Of a stretch of DNA of 58,172 nt, positions 18,736 through 29,396 are shown one piece after another (positions within the stretch are counted from its first letter, which is position 1; the number at the start of each line of letters is the position of its first letter). The stretch comes from Puniceicoccales bacterium (lineage in GTDB: Bacteria; Verrucomicrobiota; Verrucomicrobiia; Opitutales; JAIRKQ01), in the NCBI GenBank assembly GCA_031284015.1, contig JAITAS010000062.1, positions 1 to 58,172 of the forward strand, in the 5' to 3' direction. The translations under genes and the position numbers were made by a program. The notes under the pieces are model-generated. The model saw only the letters and a program-made list of their open reading frames with translations. It was not told the origin of the DNA and did not search any database.

Positions 18736-19611
18736 TTACAAAAAATAGTTTTGCTGTTTTTCGCTGATTGCCATGTTTAATCTTTTCATGACTTCTAGCA
18801 TATCTTCCCATACGGTACGTTTGGCAGCTTTCGTATTATTGCGCAACAGGTACGAGGGGTGAAATGTCACCATAAGCGGAGTGTTTGCTACGGTTGCCCA
18901 TTTTCCTCGCACATCCCGCATGCGACGTGTTGGATCATGGCCCAGTAATCCACTAACCGCAGTTGCTCCCAATGCAATGATTACCTTGGGTTGCACAATT
19001 TCAATTTGAGCCAATAAATATGGGAGGCAAAATTCCATTTCTTCCTGTGTCGGCGGTCGATTACCGACCGTCGTTGGCATTTCCGGACGCCAATTCATGA
19101 TGTTTGCTATGTACACATCGTTGCGGGAGACTCCCATGGCTAAAATTATTTTTGTTAGCAATTGTCCGGCACGACCAACAAATGGTTCTCCCAGCGTTTC
19201 TTCATCTGCTCCAGGAGCCTCTCCACAAAACAGAATATCCGCATCAACATTGCCTATGCCGAAAACGATCTTTTTCCCTGGCCGGACGTGTTTTTTGCAT
19301 TCTTCACAATTTAAAACTTTATGCTTCAACCACTCATATTTTTCAAGTTTGCCACCTTCGGGGAGAATAACCTTTGGATTGGAGGGTAGCGTTTGCTTTG
19401 TTGTCATAGGATTTTTATAGACTTCGTTACAGCCAATGGATGATTGTTTTAGGGAGGTAAAAATATTATCGGACTCATCTAACTCGGATAACAAATTTTT
19501 CAAAGAAAGTATGCTATCCCTGGAAATTGGCAAACTACAAACCCCCTCTCTTTTCAGTGCTTGTAATTCCATTTCAAGTAACTCTACGACTTTTTCATTG
19601 GAAAGTGACAT
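18736..19611 (-). CDS. Family-4 uracil-DNA glycosylase with an N-terminal extension of about 100 aa
   Basis: 291 aa. Motif A is LFCGEAPGADEE and motif B is VTFHPSYLLRN. Cys residues (LNCEECKKH) precede the core, as in Fe-S family-4 UDGs. Confidence 0.8.
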   Translation of the reverse strand: MSLSNEKVVELLEMELQALKREGVCSLPISRDSILSLKNLLSELDESDNIFTSLKQSSIGCNEVYKNPMTTKQTLPSNPKVILPEGGKLEKYEWLKHKVLNCEECKKHVRPGKKIVFGIGNVDADILFCGEAPGADEETLGEPFVGRAGQLLTKIILAMGVSRNDVYIANIMNWRPEMPTTVGNRPPTQEEMEFCLPYLLAQIEIVQPKVIIALGATAVSGLLGHDPTRRMRDVRGKWATVANTPLMVTFHPSYLLRNNTKAAKRTVWEDMLEVMKRLNMAISEKQQNYFL

Positions 19612-19613
19612 GC

Positions 19614-20645
19614 CTAAATTTGAAAATGTTCCTGAATAACCGTTTGTTCAAGCCCAACCTTTTTCCAACCTTTGTTGGTTAGGACCCTTCCCTGAGCAGT
19701 TCTTTGAATATAGCCTTCCGTTATTAGGTATGGCTCATGGACTTCTTCGATCGTTTGCAAATCTTCACTTACCGCGACTGCAACCGTGCCAAACCCAACT
19801 GGGCCGCCGGAATAGTTTTGCGCCATACATGAAAGAATTTTTTTGTCCATTTCATCGAGCCCATCCACATCAATTTCCAGCATTTCAAGTGCAGCTTTTA
19901 CAATATCTTTGGATATGTTCGAGATAGACTTTTGCTGCACAAAATCACGAACAAATCGCAATAAGTTGTTGGCTATCCTTGGAGTACCGCGAGACCTACT
20001 TGCAATTTCATTTGCACAGTCTGGATTTATTTCAATGGATAACAATTTTGCGCTACGTGTGACGATTTTTGCCAAAATCTCACGGGGATAATAGTCCAAA
20101 CGGGTTTGCAGCGTAAATCTACTCCTTAGAGGTGCACTGAGTAGGCCCGTTCTTGTTGTAGCTCCAACCAATGTAAAAGGTGGAAGATTCAGGCTAACAC
20201 TTCGAGCATTCGGCCCTTGATCAATCATTATGTCAATACGGAAATCTTCCATTGCGGAGTACAGATACTCTTCAACGGTTTTCGGTACCCGGTGTATTTC
20301 GTCAATGAATAAAATATCACACATTTCAAGGCTTGTTAATAGACCAGCCAAATCTCCAGCTTTTTCAATTACTGGACCAGATGTTACGCGAATATTGCTT
20401 CCCATTTCCTGGCCTAAAATCATGGCAAGAGTAGTTTTCCCCAGGCCGGGTGGACCACTAAGTAAAATATGGCTTAGAGCTTCACCACGTTTTTTTGCTG
20501 CTCCCGTCATAATTTTCAAGCGTTCGACGGTTTTCTCTTGGCCAACGAAATCTATAAAGTCGGATGGCCTAAGGGAATTTTCAATACTGTCATTTTTCGT
20601 GTTAAGGCTCTGCGGTATTGTACTGGGCTTTATAACTTGTGGCAT
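19614..20645 (-). CDS. ruvB: Holliday junction branch migration DNA helicase RuvB
   Basis: 343 aa. It has [19 protein letters not shown], Walker [10 protein letters not shown], Walker B LFIDEIHR and the winged-helix C-terminus ([17 protein letters not shown]). Confidence 0.95.
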   Translation of the reverse strand: MPQVIKPSTIPQSLNTKNDSIENSLRPSDFIDFVGQEKTVERLKIMTGAAKKRGEALSHILLSGPPGLGKTTLAMILGQEMGSNIRVTSGPVIEKAGDLAGLLTSLEMCDILFIDEIHRVPKTVEEYLYSAMEDFRIDIMIDQGPNARSVSLNLPPFTLVGATTRTGLLSAPLRSRFTLQTRLDYYPREILAKIVTRSAKLLSIEINPDCANEIASRSRGTPRIANNLLRFVRDFVQQKSISNISKDIVKAALEMLEIDVDGLDEMDKKILSCMAQNYSGGPVGFGTVAVAVSEDLQTIEEVHEPYLITEGYIQRTAQGRVLTNKGWKKVGLEQTVIQEHFQI

Positions 20646-20743
20646 ATTTTAACAACCATTAGGTCGAATTAGTCCAATCTGGTACTTGTTTTTTGTAAGT
20701 CAAAAATTTTTAACTAATTCAATCCATGCATTCTAATCTTAAC

Positions 20744-23698
20744 TTAAAAAAGTGGACACAAGATTTTTGTGAAATCAGAAAAATTCGGTGCTGCAAGTGT
20801 CCCCTTTATTTTCAACCTTGGCCCTTGCATGTACCGCGAATTTTTAGGCTTATCCGTTATCAATCCCAAATAATCAAGAATTTCGCCCAACCTCCCAGCG
20901 ACATTCATTTGGACGTCGATGGAAAGAGGGGAGTCATAGAAACGTTTATGTCTTATGTAGGGAATTACCCCGTAGGCACTGAGATGGGCAGTTGGGCCAA
21001 TCATTTTCATTTCATCTATGATAATATCTAAATTTTTATCACGTTGAAGGCTCATCTTTATTGTGTCATAGGGCAACTGTTGCAATTCCTCAATGAAGGA
21101 ATTAACATAGGCAATCCTATTATCTACCTGCGAGAAAAATTCGCTTGAAAGTCCGAGAGCACTCAAAATAGCCCTATTTTTGGGGTCTAAAAAATTAGCT
21201 AAATGGAGAACACCACTGGAACATTCCACATTTATCATTCCGTGTCCAGACTTTATCGTTGCCAATTCATCTACTCCTTCCGATGTAAGTTGTATGTCGA
21301 TTTTCCCTGTCCCTTCCATGATAACTTCCCTGGATGGAATTACCTTTCTACAGATATTTGCCATATTTTTCATGTAAAAAGTGCCGTTGAGAGCAAAATT
21401 ATAGGGATTTGGTACTTTTTCTTTGAAATGTTCCAATGTAGCATTTAGATTAAATGGTGATTCAGCTAGTAAGAAGTTGATCGTTTTCAAATCAATCCTG
21501 CTATCCGTCATGTGGCACAAACATTCCACGTCATCTAAAACCATTTCACAGGGAAGAAAGAGCTTTTTTATACCCACAAAACATTCCCCATTCCCTTTTA
21601 CCCATTTTTCTATCCACACAAATGGTGGCGATGTGTTTTCTTGTTGAAGAGACGTATCATCGTATTCGATAATACGAGAGGTGTTTTTTATTGAAGCTGA
21701 CAATGCGTCACTATTTTTAGAAACTATACTCGTAGGCACTTTTATAATGTTTATCAAATCTGGAATGGATAGGGCATCACCTCTTAGATCAAAATGCAAG
21801 ATTGGCTTATCCGACATATTGCTGTTATGAAGCGTATCAATTGTTATAAACACCGACGTATCATATTGTCCAGCCATGTTTAACGTCATGTTCGATTTGA
21901 TGTCGTCGTTGGTGCGTGTAAAATCCACAGTCCACTTGCCATTTATCGGTACTGGAGAACATTTAAGTGTGAAGGATTTAAGTTGCAAATTACTCTGGGC
22001 TGCAACTGAAGTCAATGTCTGTGTGAAATTTACACGACCCGAACAAACTCCTGACTTAATTGGAATTTCTGTGGCAAACCATGGAATTTGAGCCAATTGA
22101 TTCAGATAACAAACCGCATTGCAATCCAACATATTCAGCCGTTTGTTGTTGTCAAAGGACAAACTAATGGCTCCAGCAACAATAGTATCTCCATTGATTC
22201 CATTGATAGCCACATCGTTAAACATCAACTGCGTAGTATTGCCAAAAATTAGAGCTGCCTGGCCAGAAATATTTATCTTTTCGATGTGCTTTTTAGAAAT
22301 TTGGGTAACGGTTAAATCGCTTAACTGCAGCGGTGACTTTTCGCTGGATTTTATCCTCCAACAGCCATCAGCAGATGAGATGTCAAATTGTCCCGAAATG
22401 GCAGTATCAAATTTCAACATTTTCTTAGTTGTCGAAAATACTTTTGGATTAAACTTTTCGACCGTTATTCTGCATAAATTTTTCCCGGAATTGAAAATGT
22501 TTTTCGGAGCTAAGTATCCAGCATCTTTATTCCAAATAATTATTGGATTTGTGGAAGAAAGAGCAATTTTCCAGGAATGATCTTCATTGTCACAGATTGC
22601 GTCCATAGTATTTATTGCCAATGTCCCATTTGTCATTTTCAATGCTATTCCCCCAGATATGGACAGAATAGATTTCAACGATGGAAAATAAGTTTTTATA
22701 ATCTTTGTGCCCAAAATACATTCACAATTGCCTTTCAGCAATCCACTCCAATTTTGAAATTCAAACTCTCCACTACACCGTGTGTTAAGCGTAAGGGGTG
22801 GCAAAACCGATGCATCAAATGCCGTCATGTCAAGGAAACTTTCACATTCGATAAATAATTTTTGTTGATCCTTTTGGTGCTTTATTTCTGCATTACATAT
22901 TACTTCATTACTTTGGTTGCTCTCTATGCGTAAACGGTATGAATTTTCGGAAGGTGTTACTTTGTAAAATGAAGTTATGTTGAATATTTTTTTATATTGT
23001 TCAGCCGGATTAAATAGTTCACAATCGCAGTTGAAGTCTATGTCGTCGATCGAAGTGCTTTGGGATTGAAAAATTTTGGCTCTGCCGTCAAAACTTAGCC
23101 TTGCGGGTGTGGACACTCCAATTGCCACATCGGATTTAATGTTAACAATTGCTGCATTTAGTGGAGCGAAGCCAGTACCATCCAATGTGAAATCGGCAAT
23201 CAGAAACTCATTAATACCCAACAATCCGCTAATCTTCATATGATCAATGGTTGTTTTCATTGAAAATTTTGATGACTTTACAAAGTTAATGGCGGCACCA
23301 AGTATTTCCAACCGCTTTTGCAAATTTTCGTATGCTTCCTTCTGATTTATCGGCAACTTAAACTTTGTTTTCGTTGCGGCTTCGGATTTTATACAGTTTA
23401 TAAACACGCCATTGGCAGACATATCTTTAATTTTCAATTCGCGTAAAAATATCAAATCTCTCAGTGACCATGTAACGTCAAAATCAGAGACCTTGAAATC
23501 AATATTTTTAAATGAAAAAGCTAGCTTACGTACCTTGGCAGCGCTGAACCCAACGGATACCGTATCCACATAAACTCCGCTGAAACACTGCTTTAAATAA
23601 CGTTTAACCACATATTTTTGCACATAGGGAACCCTTATGCTTAGGATTGCCAACACTACCATGGTGCATAACCAGAATAAAAATTTAAGCTTTTTCAT
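20744..23698 (-). CDS. AsmA/TamB-like large envelope protein (N-terminal membrane anchor, long predicted beta-rich body)
   Basis: 984 aa. The N-terminal anchor is MKKLKFLFWLCTMVVLAILSI, followed by repetitive beta-strand-like segments. The C-terminus PRLKIKGTLAAPNFSDF resembles the AsmA-family ending (vPv.isGtl.nP....d). The assignment is by pattern only. Confidence 0.5.
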   Translation of the reverse strand: MKKLKFLFWLCTMVVLAILSIRVPYVQKYVVKRYLKQCFSGVYVDTVSVGFSAAKVRKLAFSFKNIDFKVSDFDVTWSLRDLIFLRELKIKDMSANGVFINCIKSEAATKTKFKLPINQKEAYENLQKRLEILGAAINFVKSSKFSMKTTIDHMKISGLLGINEFLIADFTLDGTGFAPLNAAIVNIKSDVAIGVSTPARLSFDGRAKIFQSQSTSIDDIDFNCDCELFNPAEQYKKIFNITSFYKVTPSENSYRLRIESNQSNEVICNAEIKHQKDQQKLFIECESFLDMTAFDASVLPPLTLNTRCSGEFEFQNWSGLLKGNCECILGTKIIKTYFPSLKSILSISGGIALKMTNGTLAINTMDAICDNEDHSWKIALSSTNPIIIWNKDAGYLAPKNIFNSGKNLCRITVEKFNPKVFSTTKKMLKFDTAISGQFDISSADGCWRIKSSEKSPLQLSDLTVTQISKKHIEKINISGQAALIFGNTTQLMFNDVAINGINGDTIVAGAISLSFDNNKRLNMLDCNAVCYLNQLAQIPWFATEIPIKSGVCSGRVNFTQTLTSVAAQSNLQLKSFTLKCSPVPINGKWTVDFTRTNDDIKSNMTLNMAGQYDTSVFITIDTLHNSNMSDKPILHFDLRGDALSIPDLINIIKVPTSIVSKNSDALSASIKNTSRIIEYDDTSLQQENTSPPFVWIEKWVKGNGECFVGIKKLFLPCEMVLDDVECLCHMTDSRIDLKTINFLLAESPFNLNATLEHFKEKVPNPYNFALNGTFYMKNMANICRKVIPSREVIMEGTGKIDIQLTSEGVDELATIKSGHGMINVECSSGVLHLANFLDPKNRAILSALGLSSEFFSQVDNRIAYVNSFIEELQQLPYDTIKMSLQRDKNLDIIIDEMKMIGPTAHLSAYGVIPYIRHKRFYDSPLSIDVQMNVAGRLGEILDYLGLITDKPKNSRYMQGPRLKIKGTLAAPNFSDFTKILCPLF

Positions 23699-23715
23699 AA
23701 ACTCATAATCAAGTT

Positions 23716-25707
23716 TTAAGGCAAACTATGTATTACATTTTTCAAATTTTCCAAGGTTATACCGAAACTATTCATCAAATCCGCCGGTTTGCCACTGTAT
23801 CCAAAGGCATCCACTCCTATGGCTACGCCATTTAATCCAACATATTTGTACCACGGTACCCTAATTCCTGCTTCTATTGCTATTCTTTTAGTACAATTTT
23901 GAGGTAATATCGCACGCTTATATTCATTTGACTGACGCTCAAAAGTCTCCATGCAGGGAATTGAAACCACCCGCGTGCCCTCAAACAAGGGAGCTGCTTG
24001 CATAGCCAAGTGCAGCTCGCTGCCCGACGCTAGTACTATGCGTTCTAATTTTCCTTTTTCAGCATACGCAACATAGGCTCCCTTCTGCACACCATTTCTT
24101 CGTAAAGAAACAGCTATTTGTCCAAGGTTGGGGAGTTCCTGCCTAGATAAGACCAATGCCGTTGGTCGATTCACATTTGCCATAGCCAGTTTCCAAGCCC
24201 CTACGGTTTCTTCATAGTCTGCCGGGCGCACAACATCCAAATTAGGAATACATCTCAACGTTGTGAGGGTTTCTATGGGTTGGTGGGTCGGACCATCTTC
24301 TCCAACTGCTATCGAATCATGGGTAAAGATAAAAATCTGTCCGAGTTTTGCCAATGCTGCCATACGTATTGCAGCTCGCATGTAGTCAGAAAAGACTAAG
24401 AAAGTTGAACAGGATGGCCGAAATATTCCATCATAGGCAACCCCATTCATAATTGCTGCCATTGCATGTTCTCGAATACCAAAATAAATATTTCGACCCT
24501 GCAAGTTCTCCGACGAAAAATCACTGCCACCACTTATATAATTTCCTGCCGAAGCGAATAAATCCGCACTGCCCGTAACAATTGATTCGCTATATTTTGC
24601 AACGGTTTGTAAAACTTCACCCGCAGCAATACGTGTTGAAATTTTATCTTTGCTCGATTTTTCAAGTGAATCCAAAATATTTATGGTCGAAGTTGGATCG
24701 TTTTTCAAAAATGCCTCCGCTAGGTCCGGATTTTCTTTCTGCCAAATATTAAACATATCTAGCCACGCTGCGTGTTCTTTTTTACACTCCAATTTTCTTT
24801 CGGAAAAAAATCTTTTCGTAGCTTCGGAAACAGAAAATTTGGTAGGAGATATCCCCATTTTTCGTTTCGCTCCATCGATAAATTTTATTCCTGCGGTTCC
24901 GTGGGCCTGGTTCGTTCCTGCAATTTCATCGATTCCAAACCCGATGGTTGTCTTCGCAATTATTAATTTTGGACATCGGGACCGTGAAAACTTCACACGA
25001 TTAAACGTTGCCATAAAATCATTTAGATTATTACCATCGGTTTGTTCTACTTCAAAGCCATAGGCTTCAAACTTTTTGACGATATCTTCGCTTTGAGACT
25101 TTTGTAGTGCAGCATCCAAGGTCACATTATTTGAGTCGAAAATTAATATCAAACGATCCAATTTCCAATGACCCGCAAGGGAACATGCTTCTGCCGTAAT
25201 ACCTTCCTGTAGGCATCCATCGCCACACAAACAAACGATGAAATTGTCAAAAATTTTGTGTTTTGCTGTGTTGAATTTCGCCGCTTGTTTTTTGCATGAT
25301 AAGACAATGCCAACCGCATTTGCCACACCCTGTCCAAGTGGTCCAGTTGTGCACTCTATGCCGAGATTCTTGTTAAATTCAGGGTGTCCATGGGTTATGC
25401 TACCCGATTTTCTGAAATTTTTTATGTCCTCAAGGGAGATATCATAGCCTGCTAAATGTAGCCATACGTACAAAAATATGCTACCATGTCCCGCCGATAA
25501 AATAAACCGATCTCGATTTATCCAAGTCGGGTTTTCTGGATCGAATCGAAGAAGTTTCCCAAACAAGGCAGCTCCAATTTCGGCACACCCCATTGGCATT
25601 CCCAGATGTCCTGAATTCGCTGCCTCAACCGCATCCATAAACAATCCTCGTGCATCATTTACAATAGGCGACATTTCACTTTGTAAGAAATCATTTCCTT
25701 CCCTCAT
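23716..25707 (-). CDS. tkt: Transketolase (start placed at an internal Met; the ORF extends to 25818, and 25674 is another candidate)
   Basis: It has AANSGHLGMPMG, the TPP motif GDGCLQEGITAEACSLAGHWKL and the conserved HDSIAVGEDGPTHQPIE. The 37 aa upstream of Met38 have no counterpart in transketolases. Confidence 0.9.
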   Translation of the reverse strand: MREGNDFLQSEMSPIVNDARGLFMDAVEAANSGHLGMPMGCAEIGAALFGKLLRFDPENPTWINRDRFILSAGHGSIFLYVWLHLAGYDISLEDIKNFRKSGSITHGHPEFNKNLGIECTTGPLGQGVANAVGIVLSCKKQAAKFNTAKHKIFDNFIVCLCGDGCLQEGITAEACSLAGHWKLDRLILIFDSNNVTLDAALQKSQSEDIVKKFEAYGFEVEQTDGNNLNDFMATFNRVKFSRSRCPKLIIAKTTIGFGIDEIAGTNQAHGTAGIKFIDGAKRKMGISPTKFSVSEATKRFFSERKLECKKEHAAWLDMFNIWQKENPDLAEAFLKNDPTSTINILDSLEKSSKDKISTRIAAGEVLQTVAKYSESIVTGSADLFASAGNYISGGSDFSSENLQGRNIYFGIREHAMAAIMNGVAYDGIFRPSCSTFLVFSDYMRAAIRMAALAKLGQIFIFTHDSIAVGEDGPTHQPIETLTTLRCIPNLDVVRPADYEETVGAWKLAMANVNRPTALVLSRQELPNLGQIAVSLRRNGVQKGAYVAYAEKGKLERIVLASGSELHLAMQAAPLFEGTRVVSIPCMETFERQSNEYKRAILPQNCTKRIAIEAGIRVPWYKYVGLNGVAIGVDAFGYSGKPADLMNSFGITLENLKNVIHSLP

Positions 25708-25903
25708 AGAATCGGAAAGTGTTGCTTGGGCTAAAATTTGCAAGTGAAAACATTGCCATCGGTAGTATGTGATAATGAACTGTTCCCGATGATTTAGTTT
25801 GTGTGCATTAGCTAACATTCAGATCAAAATTTCGATAAAGTTTGGACATTTAAATTGATATGGCTGGTACTGGCAAAAAAATTTTATAGGTTAACAGGAT
25901 TCC

Positions 25904-27046
25904 ATGATGCAAGAATTGTCAGAATTTTTATCGGTAGCCAATACAATTAATGATCGCATCAAAATGTTATCGGTGTTTTTGGGCATCGATAATGTAAAAC
26001 GCGAAATTGAAAGTATCGAGGCCAGTATGGCTGCTCCTGGCTTTTGGAATAATCAGCTTTTGGCCAAGGAAACTGGTAGTAAATTGCACGCTCTAAAGCA
26101 AAAACTGGCCAACGTTGAAAATTTAAAAAAAATGGCGGATGAGATTAATATTTTGCTTGAGTTTGCGTCATCCGAACAAGAAAGCGCAGAATATTTGTCG
26201 GAAGCAACCACGCTCATCGAAAGGATTTCTACGGATCTGAACAAGTTAGAATTGGCATCATATTTGAACGGTAAACATGACCATTGTAATGCAATTTTGA
26301 GCATACATGCTGGTGCAGGGGGTACCGAATCATGCGACTGGGCCGACATGATTTTGCGCATGTATACGCGCTGGGCAGAACGGAACAATTTTGAAACAGA
26401 AATCCAAGATATTCAACCAGGAGAAGAAGCTGGAATCAGCAGTGTAATGATCAGAATTGTCGGAGAAAACGCATACGGATATGCAAAGGCAGAGCGGGGT
26501 GTTCATAGGTTGGTGCGCATCAGCCCTTTCGACGCCAACAAGCGCAGACATACTTCTTTTTGTTCCGTTGACGTAATTGCCGAAATTGAAGACGATGAAG
26601 ACATAGCAATCGACGATGCTGACCTGAGAATTGACACCTATCGTTCTAGTGGAAAAGGTGGCCAGCATGTAAATAAGACAGAATCTGCCATTCGCATAAC
26701 ACATATTCCAACGGGTATCGTTGTCACATGCCAGAATGAACGTTCTCAACACAAGAACAAAGAGTCTGCCATGAAAAATTTGCGATCCCGTCTGTATGAA
26801 AAAATGGAGGATGAAAAGCGATCTGCCATGGAAAAATTTTATGGACCCAAAGGAGAAATTGGATGGGGCTATCAAATCCGCAGCTACGTCTGCCAACCGT
26901 ATCAAATGGTAAAAGACTTGCGTACCGGTACGGAGACAAGTAACTTCCAAGAAGTCATGGATGGCGACATTGACCAGTTCATCCATTCTTGGCTAAAGGC
27001 TGGATGTCCAACGGAGCGGAAAACATTTAACGACTGCAAAGATTAG
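25904..27046 (+). CDS. prfB: Peptide chain release factor 2, encoded in a single uninterrupted frame
   Basis: 380 aa with the SPF tripeptide ([15 protein letters not shown]) and the GGQ motif ([15 protein letters not shown]). There is no in-frame TGA at the usual codon ~25 position (sequence there is [11 protein letters not shown]). Confidence 0.95.
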   Translation: MMQELSEFLSVANTINDRIKMLSVFLGIDNVKREIESIEASMAAPGFWNNQLLAKETGSKLHALKQKLANVENLKKMADEINILLEFASSEQESAEYLSEATTLIERISTDLNKLELASYLNGKHDHCNAILSIHAGAGGTESCDWADMILRMYTRWAERNNFETEIQDIQPGEEAGISSVMIRIVGENAYGYAKAERGVHRLVRISPFDANKRRHTSFCSVDVIAEIEDDEDIAIDDADLRIDTYRSSGKGGQHVNKTESAIRITHIPTGIVVTCQNERSQHKNKESAMKNLRSRLYEKMEDEKRSAMEKFYGPKGEIGWGYQIRSYVCQPYQMVKDLRTGTETSNFQEVMDGDIDQFIHSWLKAGCPTERKTFNDCKD

Positions 27047-27273
27047 GAAAATTCTTCTATCGTTGTAACACCATAGCATATTGTATTATGCTTATACTGC
27101 TTGCGGTGGAGATCAAGTTTTTGTATTGCCATTGAAATGAAAGGAACACAAACGAAAAAGGTAAATATCTATGTTGTTTTATTTGTTTTTCATGAAACTC
27201 CAGTTGTCTTACCATATCCTCTGCTTGTTTACTGCACTAATTTACATTAAAAATAATTTTATGGGGACCGACA

Positions 27274-28632
27274 TCAGGATAGAGCCGTTTCTGTTTGTGC
27301 GTTTTGCACAATTGTGCCTGAAAGTATTGTGGTTGCAAAACTGTCGATTCTTACGGGTACAATTTTCCCGATGTCATTTTCAGACGCTTCGAATAATACT
27401 TTGCAGTGATTTGTAGTCCATCCGAACATCGTATTCGCTCCCCGCCGTGCACGACCTTCAATGAGGACTTCAACCGTTTTTCCAAGAAATTGTTGATGAT
27501 AATGCATGGAAGTTTCTTGAACACGCTGCAAGAGGATTTTATTCCGATGCTCCTTTATGGTCTCTTCAACGTCATCAAGCAGTTCAGCCGATTTGGTTCC
27601 TTCCCGCGGGCTATACTTAAAAACAAATGCCATATTAAATTTTATGGCATCAAACAACGAAACTGTTTCTTCGAAATCTTTTTCCGTTTCGCTGGGATAT
27701 CCAACGATAATATCCGTTGATATTCCCACATTTGGCACAGCATCACGAAGTTTTTTTATGATTTCCAAAATCTTTTCACGGGTATACGAACGCCTCATTG
27801 CAGCTAATATGCGATTGGAGCCGCTTTGAATAGGCAGGTGTACGGATGAGCACAATTTTGACAAATTTTTATGGACCAAAATTAAGTCGTCGGAAAAAAA
27901 TCTTGGATGTGGCGACATGTAGCGAATTCTTTTGATACCCGGCAATGCATTTAAGCTTTCGAGCAATTGAACAAATGGGGTTTTACCATCCACTGTTGGC
28001 ATTAGCCTACCGCCATAGTTGTTGACTATTTGCCCGAGCAGCGTAATTTCTTTTATGCCATTTTTTGTTAGAAATTTCGCTTCTTCAACTATATCTTCCA
28101 TCGGACGATATTGTTCGTTTCCACGTGTTCTTGGCACAATGCAATAGCTACAGCGCATGTTACATCCATGCATAATTGACAAAAATGCAGTACATTTCTT
28201 TTTTTCCAATTTGCGATTAAAATCGTGTGCAACCTGCTGCTTCTCTGGTTCTCCAATGCGTAGGCTGTGCCCAGTATCCTCTATGACATTGGCCAACTCA
28301 TGTAACCTTTTTGGGCCAACGACAAAATCAATGGCGCCATTTAATTTGAAAAGTTTTTCTCCCAAGTGTTCTGCCATGCACCCCACAATTCCAATTTTAA
28401 AATTCGGATTGGTATGTTTTCTTCGTGCCAGATGGCCTGATTTTCCAATCGCTTTAATTTCTGCCTGCTCACGCACACTGCACGTATTTAAAATCACAAC
28501 ATCGGCCATTTTTTCATTATTTGTCAGCTCATATCCGGCGCACTGTAGCTGCGATAAGATCATTTCTGTGTCGCGCTCATTCATCTGGCAACCGTAGGTC
28601 TTTACAAAAATTTTTAAAAAATTTTTCACCAC
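27274..28632 (-). CDS. miaB: tRNA-2-methylthio-N6-dimethylallyladenosine synthase (MiaB-type radical SAM methylthiotransferase)
   Basis: 452 aa. It has the UPF0004 N-domain (KTYGCQMNERD), the radical SAM motif CNMRCSYCIVP and a C-terminal TRAM-like domain. I cannot fully separate MiaB from RimO by eye. Confidence 0.85.
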   Translation of the reverse strand: MVKNFLKIFVKTYGCQMNERDTEMILSQLQCAGYELTNNEKMADVVILNTCSVREQAEIKAIGKSGHLARRKHTNPNFKIGIVGCMAEHLGEKLFKLNGAIDFVVGPKRLHELANVIEDTGHSLRIGEPEKQQVAHDFNRKLEKKKCTAFLSIMHGCNMRCSYCIVPRTRGNEQYRPMEDIVEEAKFLTKNGIKEITLLGQIVNNYGGRLMPTVDGKTPFVQLLESLNALPGIKRIRYMSPHPRFFSDDLILVHKNLSKLCSSVHLPIQSGSNRILAAMRRSYTREKILEIIKKLRDAVPNVGISTDIIVGYPSETEKDFEETVSLFDAIKFNMAFVFKYSPREGTKSAELLDDVEETIKEHRNKILLQRVQETSMHYHQQFLGKTVEVLIEGRARRGANTMFGWTTNHCKVLFEASENDIGKIVPVRIDSFATTILSGTIVQNAQTETALS

Positions 28633-28882
28633 TGTGTCTTTTTAAATCGATATTGTAACAAATGCAAGTGGCAAAATACCCACACATGAACTAAAAACAA
28701 TGCAACCGGCGAAAAGATTTGTACAAGTTTTTAATAATTTATATCCATGTTTCATGGGTAAAAAAAGTGCACGACGCCTGTGGACAGAAAAATTGTTGGA
28801 ATATGACGGTAAAACTTTTTTGAAAAACAGTGGCAAAGCCCAAGATGGTACTTCCATTTCACGCAAATTCAAAGGTGTTGTC

Positions 28883-29350
28883 ATGGGGATCGATGCAAGT
28901 CTTCGTGGAACAGGAGTAGCAGTTGTAGATTTTAGGGAAACACAGCCGATCTTACTTTTTTCCCAACGCATAACCTGTAAAGCAAAGCTGTCATTTTTTC
29001 AATGTATCGAACAAATTTTCAAAACCATAAGTGCTATTTTACAGGATTTCAAGATCGATTACGTTGCAATTGAACAAACGGTGTATGTGCAAAATTATAG
29101 AATTTCTCACATTCTCGGAGCCGCAAAAGGGGCCATCATTGCTGCCCTGATGAATAATAATTTACAAATTGCCGAATACGAACCGCTAAGAATCAAACAG
29201 GCGGTTGTTGGGATTGGTCGTGCTTCAAAAGAACAAATTAAACGCACGGTTTGCAATATCCTAAAAGTGGAGCGTGTAATCTCATACGATGAAAGTGATG
29301 CCATAGCGGTTGCATTTTGCCATGCCTGGACATTTAGGGTCAATTGCTAA
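28883..29350 (+). CDS. ruvC: Crossover junction endodeoxyribonuclease RuvC (start placed at Met62 of ORF 28700-29350)
   Basis: MGIDASLRGTGVAVVD matches the RuvC N-terminus (GIDPG...tG) with the first catalytic Asp. It also has ..AIEQTVYVQN.. (catalytic Glu) and DESDAIAVAFCH (the C-terminal acidic pair region). Confidence 0.85.
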   Translation: MGIDASLRGTGVAVVDFRETQPILLFSQRITCKAKLSFFQCIEQIFKTISAILQDFKIDYVAIEQTVYVQNYRISHILGAAKGAIIAALMNNNLQIAEYEPLRIKQAVVGIGRASKEQIKRTVCNILKVERVISYDESDAIAVAFCHAWTFRVNC

Positions 29351-29396
29351 TTTTTTTCAAAAAGACAAAATTCGAAATAAAATAAATATAGGTGGG

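Noticed and set aside
25708-25818. N-terminal extensions implied by the longest-ORF calls: tkt 25708-25818, ruvC 28700-28882, dnaB 36000-36047 and bamA 37447-37476
   Set aside because: The extra residues have no counterpart in the respective families. For ruvC the extension would be 61 aa, and for bamA the longer ORF would overlap the dnaB end. Internal Met codons give canonical N-termini, but the start choices remain unverified.
27075-27092. dif-like dyad AGCATA-TTGTAT-TATGCT (6-bp arms, 6-bp spacer; the first 13 nt resemble GCATAATGTATAT of E. coli dif) in the prfB/miaB convergent spacer, with a Xer recombinase gene in the window
   Set aside because: The outer arms do not match the 11-bp XerC/XerD arm consensus. 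The site is only about 29 kb from the putative origin, whereas dif should lie at the terminus. It is more simply a weak bidirectional terminator hairpin between convergent genes.
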